Source: Anaerolineae bacterium (GTDB taxonomy: Bacteria > Chloroflexota > Anaerolineae > Epilineales > JAANWY01). From it: a stretch of 38,447 bases of DNA. Shown here piece after piece: positions 8,401 through 15,379 of this stretch (position 1 is the stretch's first letter; each line of letters starts with the position of its first letter). The stretch lies in assembly GCA_046753605.1 (NCBI GenBank), contig JBHHTZ010000002.1:1-38447 (forward strand), written 5' to 3'. The notes under the pieces were generated by a model. It did not search any database and was not told where the DNA came from. It saw only the letters and a list, made by a program, of their open reading frames with translations. The position numbers and the translations under genes were made by a program.

Positions 8401-10808
8401 ACTTCGGGCTCGGTCGTGGCGATGGTGATGGTCTGGGCCTCGTCAGCGCCGGCCACGGTGATGGTGCCCCGCAGCGGCGGCTGGCTCGGGTCCACGACAG
8501 TGAAATTGGTAGTCGCCGCGCGGTAGATAGCTGCATCGGACGGGTCCTGCAGCGTGATGGAGTGGAGCCACGTGTCGCCCTCGTTGGTGATGGTGTAGCA
8601 GTAGGTGAGCTCGTCGCCAGGCAGCGTCAGGATGTCGTCGGCGCTGTAGGCAGCACAGCGTTCAGCCTCCGTCAGGCCATCCGTGGTGACGTCGATGCCT
8701 CTGGCCGGGCTGCTGCGGACGTACACCTTCTTGTCCACCTTGACCGCAGGCGTGACCAGCAGCGTTTGCTCGACGAAAACGTTGTTGCTCAGGTTCGAGT
8801 CCGGCGTCGGGGTGTAGCCGTGGGGCCAGGGATCCGTGCAGGCCAGGCTGCCAGTCTGGGTCGGGCAGATGTTGCCAGGGACGGTGCCCACCTCCACCCG
8901 GTTCTCCACAAAGCCGATGTCCGGCGCCACGTTGGCGTCCACGCGCACGCGGATGGTCAGGGTCCGCGTCGTGGGCAGTGATGGGTTGGCGGGATTAGTC
9001 AGATCCAGGTCATCGCGCCGGCCATCGTTGCCGGCAATCTGGCCCCAGTCCACGATGACCACGCCATCGTCACGGAATCGGATACCGAGGGCGCCCGTGG
9101 GGGAGCCGGTAGTCGTGATCGCTGTCAGCGGATCGCTACCTACCATGTCCAGGCTGGCATAGACCGGCAACGTGTCGGTCAAGATCACTCGGCCGGCATC
9201 CGACGGGCCCAGGTTCTCAATGGTGAGGTAGTAGGTATAGACGAAGCTGTTGGTGACCGGGTCGAAGGTCAGGTAGCCGTCGTCGGGTGTGGGGTTGGGG
9301 ACATCGGTCTTGCTGACGGCCAGGTCAGCCTGGCTGGTGACGCCCGTCAACTCGTGGTCGGTGTTGTTGGCCGCGTAGAAATCGCTGATGTCTGTGGCCT
9401 CGGTGATGACGACCGTGTCGGTGATGGTCACCAGGTTGCCCACAGCATCCGGCTCGCTGTAGATGTCTGGCTCTTTGACCAGGTTACTCCGGGCATAGGC
9501 CACGATGCGGAAGGAGCGCTCCTCATCCGGCATCAGATCGTCCCGCAGCAAGCCGTTAATGCGGAAGTCCGTCAGGGTGACGGTGTTGGCCGGTTGGTCG
9601 TAGGTGCAAACCGGCACCTCATCTGGATCCACCGGCTCGCAGCGGACGAAGACCAGGCCGCTGGGCAGCGTATCGGTGATGTCTGTAGCGCGCGCCTTGG
9701 ACGGCCCCAGGTTCCGGGCCGTGATGTCGTAGGTCACTTCCTCGCCGGCCAGCACCGGGTCGGGGATGTCGGTCTTGGTGATCTGCAGGTTGGCGACCGC
9801 GTTCACGGTTGCTGCCAGGTCGAACGAGTTCGGCGTGGTTGGGTCAGTAGTGTCGCTCGACACCTGGACATTGTTGGTCGCGGTGCGCACGTTGTCCCCA
9901 TCGTCGGGGTCGTCAATGGCGGCATCCGGCCGGGTGCGCGCGACCACCTCTATCTGCTGGGTGGTGGTAGCCGGCACGGTGTTCAGCGGGCAGGTAATGA
10001 GCAGCGGGTTGGCGGCGTTGGCCCAACAGCCGGCCGGCACGCTCTCTACGAAGTCGAACTTGGCCGGCAGGGTGTCAGTGATGATCACGGTCTGGGCATC
10101 CGACGGGCCAGTGTTGGTGACGGTGATTATGTACTTGATCAACTCACCGGCGGTCACCTGATCCGCGGTGGGTGTGAGGATGTCCTGGAAGGTATTGGTG
10201 TCGAAGCCGGTGGCCACGTCGCCCTCAGACGTCTTGGACACAGAGAGGTCGGCCTCGGCTTGTACTGTGACGAAGGCGTGGTTCTCGTTGTCAGGGGGAT
10301 TATCCTCGGTGCCAAACTGCCAGGCTCGCACGTCGTGGTCCAGGAGCGTGCCATCCGGGACGTCCGGGAGCACGTACACGGTGACGTTGACCGTCTCGGT
10401 CCTACCTGTGGGCATGTTGCCCAGGGAACAGATGGACGGGTCGCTGGGATCGCCCTCGGTGCCGACCTCACAAGGGCCGACAGAGCTTGAGATGCTCTGG
10501 ATCACCACGCCGGCCGGCGCCCGGTACTCGAACACCACGGCCTCCGCGTCCGGCTGGCTGCTGGCGTTGTTTGTTACCTCCACGGCGAACGAGTGGTTGG
10601 TACCGGCCTTGGTCGTAGTTGGTGGCGACGTCGAAAAGGTCACCTCCAGGTCGCCGAAGGCGCGGGCGGTCAAGACGTTTAGAGCCAGCGCCAGCACGAG
10701 GACGGCGACGATGGCCGGCGCGGCGAGCAGGAGAATGCGCCGGCCTGGCCAGGCATGATATGGAAGATGATTGCCGGGATGTTTATGGTTAGGGGCGCGA
10801 CTATTCAT
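5421..10808 (-). CDS. G1: giant cell-surface protein. N-terminal signal/anchor, multiple DUF11-type repeats, conserved 608-aa Cys-rich C-terminal head.
   Basis: 1795-codon ORF. ATG 10808 has GAGGAGGAG 8 nt upstream. N-terminal RRILLLAAPAIVAVLVLALALNVLTARA. DUF11-like repeat openings EADLSVSKT, VANLQITKTD and QADLAVSKTD, with VTNTGPSDA / ARNLGPSKA / IENLGPSDA cores. Acidic DDHDGDGEPTAGD loop. Stop TAG at 5421-5423. Confidence 0.9.
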   Translation of the reverse strand: MNSRAPNHKHPGNHLPYHAWPGRRILLLAAPAIVAVLVLALALNVLTARAFGDLEVTFSTSPPTTTKAGTNHSFAVEVTNNASSQPDAEAVVFEYRAPAGVVIQSISSSVGPCEVGTEGDPSDPSICSLGNMPTGRTETVNVTVYVLPDVPDGTLLDHDVRAWQFGTEDNPPDNENHAFVTVQAEADLSVSKTSEGDVATGFDTNTFQDILTPTADQVTAGELIKYIITVTNTGPSDAQTVIITDTLPAKFDFVESVPAGCWANAANPLLITCPLNTVPATTTQQIEVVARTRPDAAIDDPDDGDNVRTATNNVQVSSDTTDPTTPNSFDLAATVNAVANLQITKTDIPDPVLAGEEVTYDITARNLGPSKARATDITDTLPSGLVFVRCEPVDPDEVPVCTYDQPANTVTLTDFRINGLLRDDLMPDEERSFRIVAYARSNLVKEPDIYSEPDAVGNLVTITDTVVITEATDISDFYAANNTDHELTGVTSQADLAVSKTDVPNPTPDDGYLTFDPVTNSFVYTYYLTIENLGPSDAGRVILTDTLPVYASLDMVGSDPLTAITTTGSPTGALGIRFRDDGVVIVDWGQIAGNDGRRDDLDLTNPANPSLPTTRTLTIRVRVDANVAPDIGFVENRVEVGTVPGNICPTQTGSLACTDPWPHGYTPTPDSNLSNNVFVEQTLLVTPAVKVDKKVYVRSSPARGIDVTTDGLTEAERCAAYSADDILTLPGDELTYCYTITNEGDTWLHSITLQDPSDAAIYRAATTNFTVVDPSQPPLRGTITVAGADEAQTITIATTEPEVAVLAPKGTPDDYDHILIIRSFTVDFPAGNNQIIALGTNRARVDAVPSTKYSTPLPGIEPSGDDYCNDLDPNLICDTDLLHDTLALPVLEDTTKDWSIFDDHDGDGEPTAGDIVEYTVNISNTGAISATGVVFYDGLYNYINDDPDHPWVPAKLINGSVTAAIHVSGRDPVTGRIIDADVQPPDLAFGDDLLLRTQAPAIGGAWIEITDPSAIVLPGEITLGNNTGDDEVRVATRLAIPPKGELLRFNGVTYDPPIPVTFSLRVRYQVRIKDMEAGPGFSVHCGKTIVLNHGWVDYNEIDLFDQRFPQFDPTDTNKYFTSNRQANNHAGTAGLVYWWSETPGWPEIPAGVEPTNFVQGPHFDGPRFDDEYPRDDDDPTWFEVSRQSPCKGVDWRLQLPAINTDECETWIQVQNVGNEFTKALLVLWGEPGFCPPQAFGPLKVECTGLLRPGSAWTFTNRLLPAGARSGIMYSLNATDLVTDERGNERIFADMACGRLFPLIRQNHDEWLLFDRAYRESGTYFGPIGDFPGEQLVLDFGAHTGEPLAVTVNRTCPDVVDPNLDSSAAYVGISTDREGFRDPRAGGFAYYAPLVWADYFGMNSIINVQNSGEECTSVELWFQRQGDCIRPVVWDILSLAPGESYPFDPNEVVGPGWQGSAWLSASQPLGVIIDTLGANHFGAYHGVPADVYVGQDDPLNFSLGTQVNYAPLIYREHQGWETSIQVQNLSSTYNAKVKVYFLDNSGDVIKTVVDWICPRGSQTFFLPMIAGLPGNWVGSARVESQNWFSPGDPAISAPRVLSVVMLEKYTDPAKTSRQEAVLYNALQEMGSYDWQLGPGRGGFRGTGVLSVPLAAKRNRGVSTELAIQNLNPHPGFTDFVIFIYDQNRLIDYVCEKLNEKQVEYINLDEWGIIPPGFLGSLVISATYTNQQGGDPTQEGVGVALGAVAVERVGRVLSDPDIPGDESKAFEAFPLFDGGFLVEVGPDGLPPACPGQP
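5424..7247 (-). other. G1 C-terminal head: four tandem modules sharing xPL(I/V)...(T/S)xIxVQN...F...LxPxxS...GSA; family not recognised
   Basis: Module openings are LQLPAINTDECETWIQVQNVG, YYAPLVWADYFGMNSIINVQNSG, NYAPLIYREHQGWETSIQVQNLS and LSVPLAAKRNRGVSTELAIQNLN. About 12 conserved Cys. Confidence 0.75.
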
Positions 10809-10954
10809 GAGTGATTCTCCTCCTCAAACAACGTTCTAAGGGCCGGCGCCAGGCCGGCTGAAGCGCTGATTTCGCACTTTTGGCCTGAATTTGACAACCC
10901 AAGAGCAGGCTGAGTCGTACATCGGACTTCGGGCATCGGATGGGTGCATCTGCC

Positions 10955-12814
10955 TCATGGACACGGCTGGCCCCACTGCGCACTCACAAGCATGATATCC
11001 TGCACGGTGATAATACCATCATCTGGATGCAGGTCGAAGTAGAGCTCGTAGTTCGGGGTAAGCGGGTTGCCATCCGGGTCCGGGTTGGCGGCCGTGAGGT
11101 GCCAGCGGCTGGCAATGGCCACCACGTCATCGATGTCTACCGCTTCATCTCCATCAAAATTGTAGCAACCTGCCGCGATGGCGGCGGCGACAGGGTCTTC
11201 AAAGGCTCCAATGTCACAGGTTGTCCCCTTCGGTCGGGCGACGCCGCGCTGGTCGGTCGCCGGCGCGCCTGCGCAGGTGCCGGCATCAACAGCCGGGCTC
11301 CCGACGAGGAGCGCATGGGTTTCGGTGTTACCAGGTGCATTAAGTTGCAGCGGACCGAGGAGCGGATCGGTATTGACCAGATCGGTTGGTTCCGTGAAGC
11401 CACAACTGCTAGCGCTTTCCAGATTGTAGCCCTGGGACGTGACGACGCTCTTGGTTGTTGTCCCGGTGCCTCCGCCAACAATCGTGTTCTTGAACGTAGC
11501 GCTGCCCAGGTTGTGGATCATGTTTATGCCGACATTGTTGAAGATGGTGCTGTTGACCACCTGCAGAGTGGCACCGGCATTGTTGCGGATGGCTGCACCG
11601 TAGCCGGCGGGGGCCTGATTGCCGGTGATGGTTACGTTGGTGAGCGACATAGGGCCGCGATTGTAGATGCCACCCCCGCCCATGCCTTGCAGGGCGAGTG
11701 TGTTGCCGCTGATGGTGCTTTTAGTGAGCGTGGCGGTGGAGGCGTCGCTGGAATGGAACAGCCCGCCGCCTCCCTTGCGGGCTGTGTTATCGCGAATAGT
11801 GCTCTGGTCCATGGTCAACGCACCCGTGTTGTAGATGCCTCCACCAAAGGAACCAGGTGCGTCGAGTACGTTGTCGCGGATGGTACTGGTGGTGAGCGTG
11901 AGCGTGCCACCGCCGCTGAAGATGCCGGCACCCTGCCGGTTTGCGGTATTTCCGCTGACCGTGCTGTCGGTCAGCGTCAGTGAGCCAAGGGTGGCGATGC
12001 CACCCCCTCGTCGCTCCACAGTGTTGTCACTGACAGTGACGTTGTTCAACGTCGCCGTGCCCGAATCCAGATTGAAGATGCCGCCGCCAGCATCCCGCGC
12101 CGAGTTATCGCTGATGGTGCCACCGCTCATTGTCAGGGAGCCCTGATTGGCAATGCCACCGCCTGCGGACTCGTCGGCTGCGTTGTCTTTGACGTCGACG
12201 TCGGTCAGAGTCAGCGTACCCATGTTTCGGATGCCGGCACCTATTCCCGTGACACCGCCACCCACGATGACGACAATGACCGATGCAGTATCCCCGTTCT
12301 GGATCGTCACATCCTGGATTGTTACGGTGGCACCCGGAAGAATGTCGAACACCCGGTCGAAGGTGAGACCGTCAACGATTGTGGTAGCTGCGTTTGCGCC
12401 AATTATGGTCATGTCGTCGGTGATGTCCAGATCGCCGGTATCGGCCTCATCCTCACCGGTGCCGACACGGGTCAAAGTGTAGACTCCAGCCGGCAAGGTA
12501 ATGGCATCGGGACCGACCGTGGCGTTGGCCTGCTGTATGGCCGCACGCAGGGTGCATATGCCAGTCAAGAAGGGGGCGCTGCCGGTATCGCAGAGGCCGT
12601 CCGCAAGGCCCCCATCGGGAAGGTCGGCGACACTGTTGACAAGGAAGGCCGCAGCGTGGGCCACTGGCACTGATCCCGAACCCACGTTCAGCGCTATCCC
12701 GGCCATCAGCACAGCGAGGAAAAACAGATGTAATCCTCGGACGCAGGTGGAACTCAACCTGGCCTTATTGTTGGTAGGCTTGCGGTTCATTCTCGGGTGC
12801 ATAAGGTGATTCAA
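10955..12814 (-). CDS. H1: secreted CSLREA-motif / right-handed parallel beta-helix / choice-of-anchor Q protein with dockerin-like tail
   Basis: 619-codon ORF. The first in-frame start, TTG 12814, is 3 nt after the N1 stop; ATG alternatives are 12802 and 12790. Signal peptide ends VPVAHA. CTLRAAIQQAN motif. About 12 turns of GGGIxNxGxLT(L/M)xxSTIxxNxA. SQGYNLE..SCGF..DPLLGPLQLN..THALLVGSPAVDAG..DQRGVARP..CDIGAFE. Confidence 0.9.
   Translation of the reverse strand: MNHLMHPRMNRKPTNNKARLSSTCVRGLHLFFLAVLMAGIALNVGSGSVPVAHAAAFLVNSVADLPDGGLADGLCDTGSAPFLTGICTLRAAIQQANATVGPDAITLPAGVYTLTRVGTGEDEADTGDLDITDDMTIIGANAATTIVDGLTFDRVFDILPGATVTIQDVTIQNGDTASVIVVIVGGGVTGIGAGIRNMGTLTLTDVDVKDNAADESAGGGIANQGSLTMSGGTISDNSARDAGGGIFNLDSGTATLNNVTVSDNTVERRGGGIATLGSLTLTDSTVSGNTANRQGAGIFSGGGTLTLTTSTIRDNVLDAPGSFGGGIYNTGALTMDQSTIRDNTARKGGGGLFHSSDASTATLTKSTISGNTLALQGMGGGGIYNRGPMSLTNVTITGNQAPAGYGAAIRNNAGATLQVVNSTIFNNVGINMIHNLGSATFKNTIVGGGTGTTTKSVVTSQGYNLESASSCGFTEPTDLVNTDPLLGPLQLNAPGNTETHALLVGSPAVDAGTCAGAPATDQRGVARPKGTTCDIGAFEDPVAAAIAAGCYNFDGDEAVDIDDVVAIASRWHLTAANPDPDGNPLTPNYELYFDLHPDDGIITVQDIMLVSAQWGQPCP
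10958..11167 (-). other. dockerin-like C-terminal module of H1 (two Ca-loop/helix segments)
   Basis: The pair YNFDGDEAVDIDDVVAIASRW and FDLHPDDGIITVQDIMLVSAQW matches the duplicated DxDxDGxIxxxD-hydrophobic pattern of type I dockerins. Confidence 0.55.
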
Positions 12815-12817
12815 AGC

Positions 12818-14779
12818 CTATGGAAATGGAAGAATCCCGCCACCAACCTGCCGGCTGGAGCGCTGGTAGCGGTGATTCCACGTGTCGACGGTGAAGATAT
12901 CGCTCTCCAGACCAACGTCATCCGGGTGGAGGCGATCAGCAGCGATGCCGGCCAGGGAATTGAATAGCCCCTCCTCGTCGCCGTAGTGACCAAACTGGTT
13001 CTGGAATTCATGATCGTCTGTATCGCCCTGTCGGAGCAGGTACATGATGCGATGGTTCCCGGTGTCTGCAACATGGAGGTCAACCAGCCGCGGAGCACAT
13101 CCGTCGATGAAGCCCAGCATGCTGTCCAGGCGAATGCCAACACCCACATCCTGGGGTGAGTGGAACTGAACTCCCGTCGTGTCACCCTGTGACGGAATGG
13201 CATCCCCGTAGCTGCCAATCTCCTTCTTGAAGTCACCCTCTAGGCTGAAGGACTGTACCCGGTGGTTGTTGGTATCCGCGACGTAGACCCGGGCTTCCCA
13301 GCTCTCGATTTGGCAGAAGATTGGGGGCATGCCTCCGAGATCCTGTGGAGTCTCGATGGGGTCTACGTCAATGCCTTCCGGCGAGTTGAACTCGCCGTCC
13401 CCATCGCCGTAGTAGCCCCACTCACCATCATACTTGGGCGCCCCACCATTATTCTCGATCTTGAACCTCTGCACCCGATGGTTGCCTGTGTCGGCCACGT
13501 ACACGTAGTAGTAGTCGCCTTGGGGGCCATCTGTGAGTCCCTGTGTGAGGTGCCAGGCGCTGGTTGCCACGCCGCTCGGCGACTTGAACCGTGCGTCCTC
13601 GGCGGGGTCTCCTTGACTGGGGATCGCGTCGCCGTAGCTGCCAAACTGTCCCTGGAAGTTGCCATCCGCGTCAAAGTACTCAATGCGGTGGTTCCCCGTG
13701 TCAGCCACGTAGACCACGGCGTCCGGTCCCACAACCACGTCCTCAGGCAGGTGGAATTCGCCGTCGCCGTCGCCGTAATACCCTATTTCACCCTTAAAAG
13801 TCAGGGCCGTCCCATCAGGCTCATACTCAAAGATCTGGACGCGGTGGTTGCCCGTGTCTGCAATGTAGGCACGGGCTTTCAGCTCATCCAGCCCCATCCC
13901 GCCACCAAATCCACCACCCATACTACCCTCGGCACCAATGCCGCCTTTGATCTGCACGTTCTTGACCACAAAATAGTTCGTGCAGTCCCCCGGTACTTCC
14001 GGATCCCCGCAAAGTTGATTGCCAATGAGCCCCCATCGGAGCTGGATGATCGAAAAGGCATAGTCGGACAAGCTGACTTCCGCCTTTTGCCCACTGCCCG
14101 GCGTCAATGACTGTCCTGGTCCGGGATGAAGGTCAACCCAGCCGCTGCCATTGATCGAGATGTCAACCCAGCCTCGAGGAGCCGTTGAGTCCAGGTCATA
14201 TTCAAACGTGAGCGTGATCGGTTTGGGGATGTCAAAGAGGTTGATGCGCGGCGAGATGAGGTAGAACGTCCCATTATAATCCGCATGGCGAGCCTGCGTG
14301 CCAAGCAGTTGCCACAGGCCCATTTGCTGCCATCCGTCCATGAGGGTGATCATTGGCTGCCAGTCAATGACGGAGGAGGTATCGATGCCCTCAGGGAGCC
14401 GGAACGCTGCATTCTCGCCAGGGTCCCCCGGGCTGAGGGTCGTGTCGCCGTAGGTGCCCCCGACAAAGTCAACGTTACTGCTCTCGCAATTCAAGTCGGG
14501 CGATGCAGCCAGTGCCGCTGCGTTGACCGCGCCGGGTCCGGTGGCGTTCACCGGCAGGGAGTGCAAGCGAGACGCCTGAGCGCCGACCGGGGCCGGCTGA
14601 GAATCGCCGAGGAAGCCTAGCAACACACCCAGCAGGAAGCTTGCGAGGCTCACCGCGACCAGGGCGGCTGCACGCCGTCGAAGATATGCTATTGCAGATT
14701 GCCCAGGGGTATGCGTGGGGCGCGCACTCACTGTGGCTGGCCTCCCCGCCCAAACCTCGCGCCACATCGGCCGAGGCAT
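12818..14779 (-). CDS. N1: membrane-anchored protein with an unassigned beta-rich domain and a six-blade NHL-repeat propeller
   Basis: 653-codon ORF. ATG 14779 lacks an SD. In-frame GTG 14731 has GGGAGG 9 nt upstream and may be the true start. TM helix AALVAVSLASFLLGVLLGFLG. NHL motifs YIADTGNHRVQIF, YVADTGNHRIEYF, YVADTGNHRVQRF, YVADTNNHRVQSF, HVADTGNHRIMYL and FTVDTWNHRYQR. Confidence 0.9.
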   Translation of the reverse strand: MPRPMWREVWAGRPATVSARPTHTPGQSAIAYLRRRAAALVAVSLASFLLGVLLGFLGDSQPAPVGAQASRLHSLPVNATGPGAVNAAALAASPDLNCESSNVDFVGGTYGDTTLSPGDPGENAAFRLPEGIDTSSVIDWQPMITLMDGWQQMGLWQLLGTQARHADYNGTFYLISPRINLFDIPKPITLTFEYDLDSTAPRGWVDISINGSGWVDLHPGPGQSLTPGSGQKAEVSLSDYAFSIIQLRWGLIGNQLCGDPEVPGDCTNYFVVKNVQIKGGIGAEGSMGGGFGGGMGLDELKARAYIADTGNHRVQIFEYEPDGTALTFKGEIGYYGDGDGEFHLPEDVVVGPDAVVYVADTGNHRIEYFDADGNFQGQFGSYGDAIPSQGDPAEDARFKSPSGVATSAWHLTQGLTDGPQGDYYYVYVADTGNHRVQRFKIENNGGAPKYDGEWGYYGDGDGEFNSPEGIDVDPIETPQDLGGMPPIFCQIESWEARVYVADTNNHRVQSFSLEGDFKKEIGSYGDAIPSQGDTTGVQFHSPQDVGVGIRLDSMLGFIDGCAPRLVDLHVADTGNHRIMYLLRQGDTDDHEFQNQFGHYGDEEGLFNSLAGIAADRLHPDDVGLESDIFTVDTWNHRYQRSSRQVGGGILPFP

Positions 14780-14975
14780 CGGATTTCAATAGCGGTGGCT
14801 GTTGTTAGGCTGCAACGCGGAGTCAGCGCGGAGCGCCTCGTGCTATCAGCAAGATATTCCCTGCCTGGTGAATGGTTTTAACTTGAGTGCTGTAACGCAA
14901 CGCGGGCGCGAAGGATACGGGCACTGACCGCGAATTTGCCCATTTTGTGAAAAACTCGTGAATTCCCGAATCGTC

Positions 14976-15005
14976 TTGACCCCCGCCATGCCTTTCATGT
15001 ATACT
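14976..15005 (+). promoter_or_regulatory. sigma70-like promoter of S1: TTGACC (14976-14981), 18-nt spacer, TATACT (15000-15005)
   Basis: Read directly. Lies about 40 nt upstream of the S1 SD/ATG, in the 267-bp divergent spacer between N1 and S1. Confidence 0.6.
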
Positions 15006-15046
15006 GCAGGCAGTTCATTTCAATTGAGAATGTGAGGAGGTCACAA

Positions 15047-15379
15047 ATGAAGAAGACTGTGATGGTTCTGCTGTCCGTCTTGTTGATCGCGCTCGTACTT
15101 GTGGTGGGGAGTACCCGATGGGGCGGTAACGCCCTGGCTCAATCGCCGGGCAAGCAGGTTGTTGTCTTGAGGTGTTCGGTCAGCGCCCCCGTCTCTTCCA
15201 TCCCCATCGTCATGTCTGCCAGTGGAAGTGCCGGCGCTCCGGTTGTCATCAGAGGGACGACCTGCGCGCAGGCCCTGGCAGACCTGCTGAGCGATGGCTT
15301 CGGGATACAGGCCGTCGAGTCTGCCGGCCGAGATAATGACACGGACCTGTACTACACTCTGGCGTCGGGTGGCCCGTGA
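15047..15379 (+). CDS. S1: small secreted protein (110 aa, 2 Cys), function unknown
   Basis: ATG 15047 has AGGAGG (15035-15040) 6 nt upstream. The track start GTG 15032 would place the SD inside the ORF. Signal peptide MKKTVMVLLSVLLIALVLVVGS...ALA-Q. Stop TGA at 15377-15379. Confidence 0.8.
   Translation: MKKTVMVLLSVLLIALVLVVGSTRWGGNALAQSPGKQVVVLRCSVSAPVSSIPIVMSASGSAGAPVVIRGTTCAQALADLLSDGFGIQAVESAGRDNDTDLYYTLASGGP

Noticed and set aside
7323-8981. 552-aa plus-strand ORF (also at 20505-22163), with neighbours 9354-10490 and 4109-5146
   Set aside because: They are entirely antisense to the strongly supported G and P genes. Composition is rich in R, G, V, D and H, typical of shadow ORFs in high-GC DNA. 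I found no SD, signal or recognisable motifs.
10869-10897. Internal promoter upstream of G on the minus strand (TTGTCA-N17-CGAAAT), plus a 6-bp gccggc hairpin at about 10842-10860 as a terminator after H
   Set aside because: The -10 is poor (3 of 6). The hairpin is short with no U-tract. This cannot be distinguished from chance in GC-rich DNA.
10940-11983. 347-aa plus-strand ORF (also at 24122-25165)
   Set aside because: It is antisense to H, whose beta-helix and choice-of-anchor-Q motifs are unambiguous.
12812-12820. N and H are in the same reading frame, separated only by TAG and one codon before TTG; possible read-through fusion
   Set aside because: H has its own signal peptide, which would become internal in a fusion. 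Nothing in the sequence suggests programmed read-through. Simple translational coupling is more likely.
14853-14881. Promoter for the N-H-G-P operon on the minus strand (best candidate TTAAAA-N17-AATATC)
   Set aside because: Both hexamers are weak. I found no convincing promoter for this operon in 14780-15046, so it is left unannotated.
15032-15046. GTG 15032 as the start of S, as given in the ORF track
   Set aside because: The AGGAGG SD would lie inside the ORF. ATG 15047 is 6 nt downstream of the SD and gives a canonical MKK... signal peptide.
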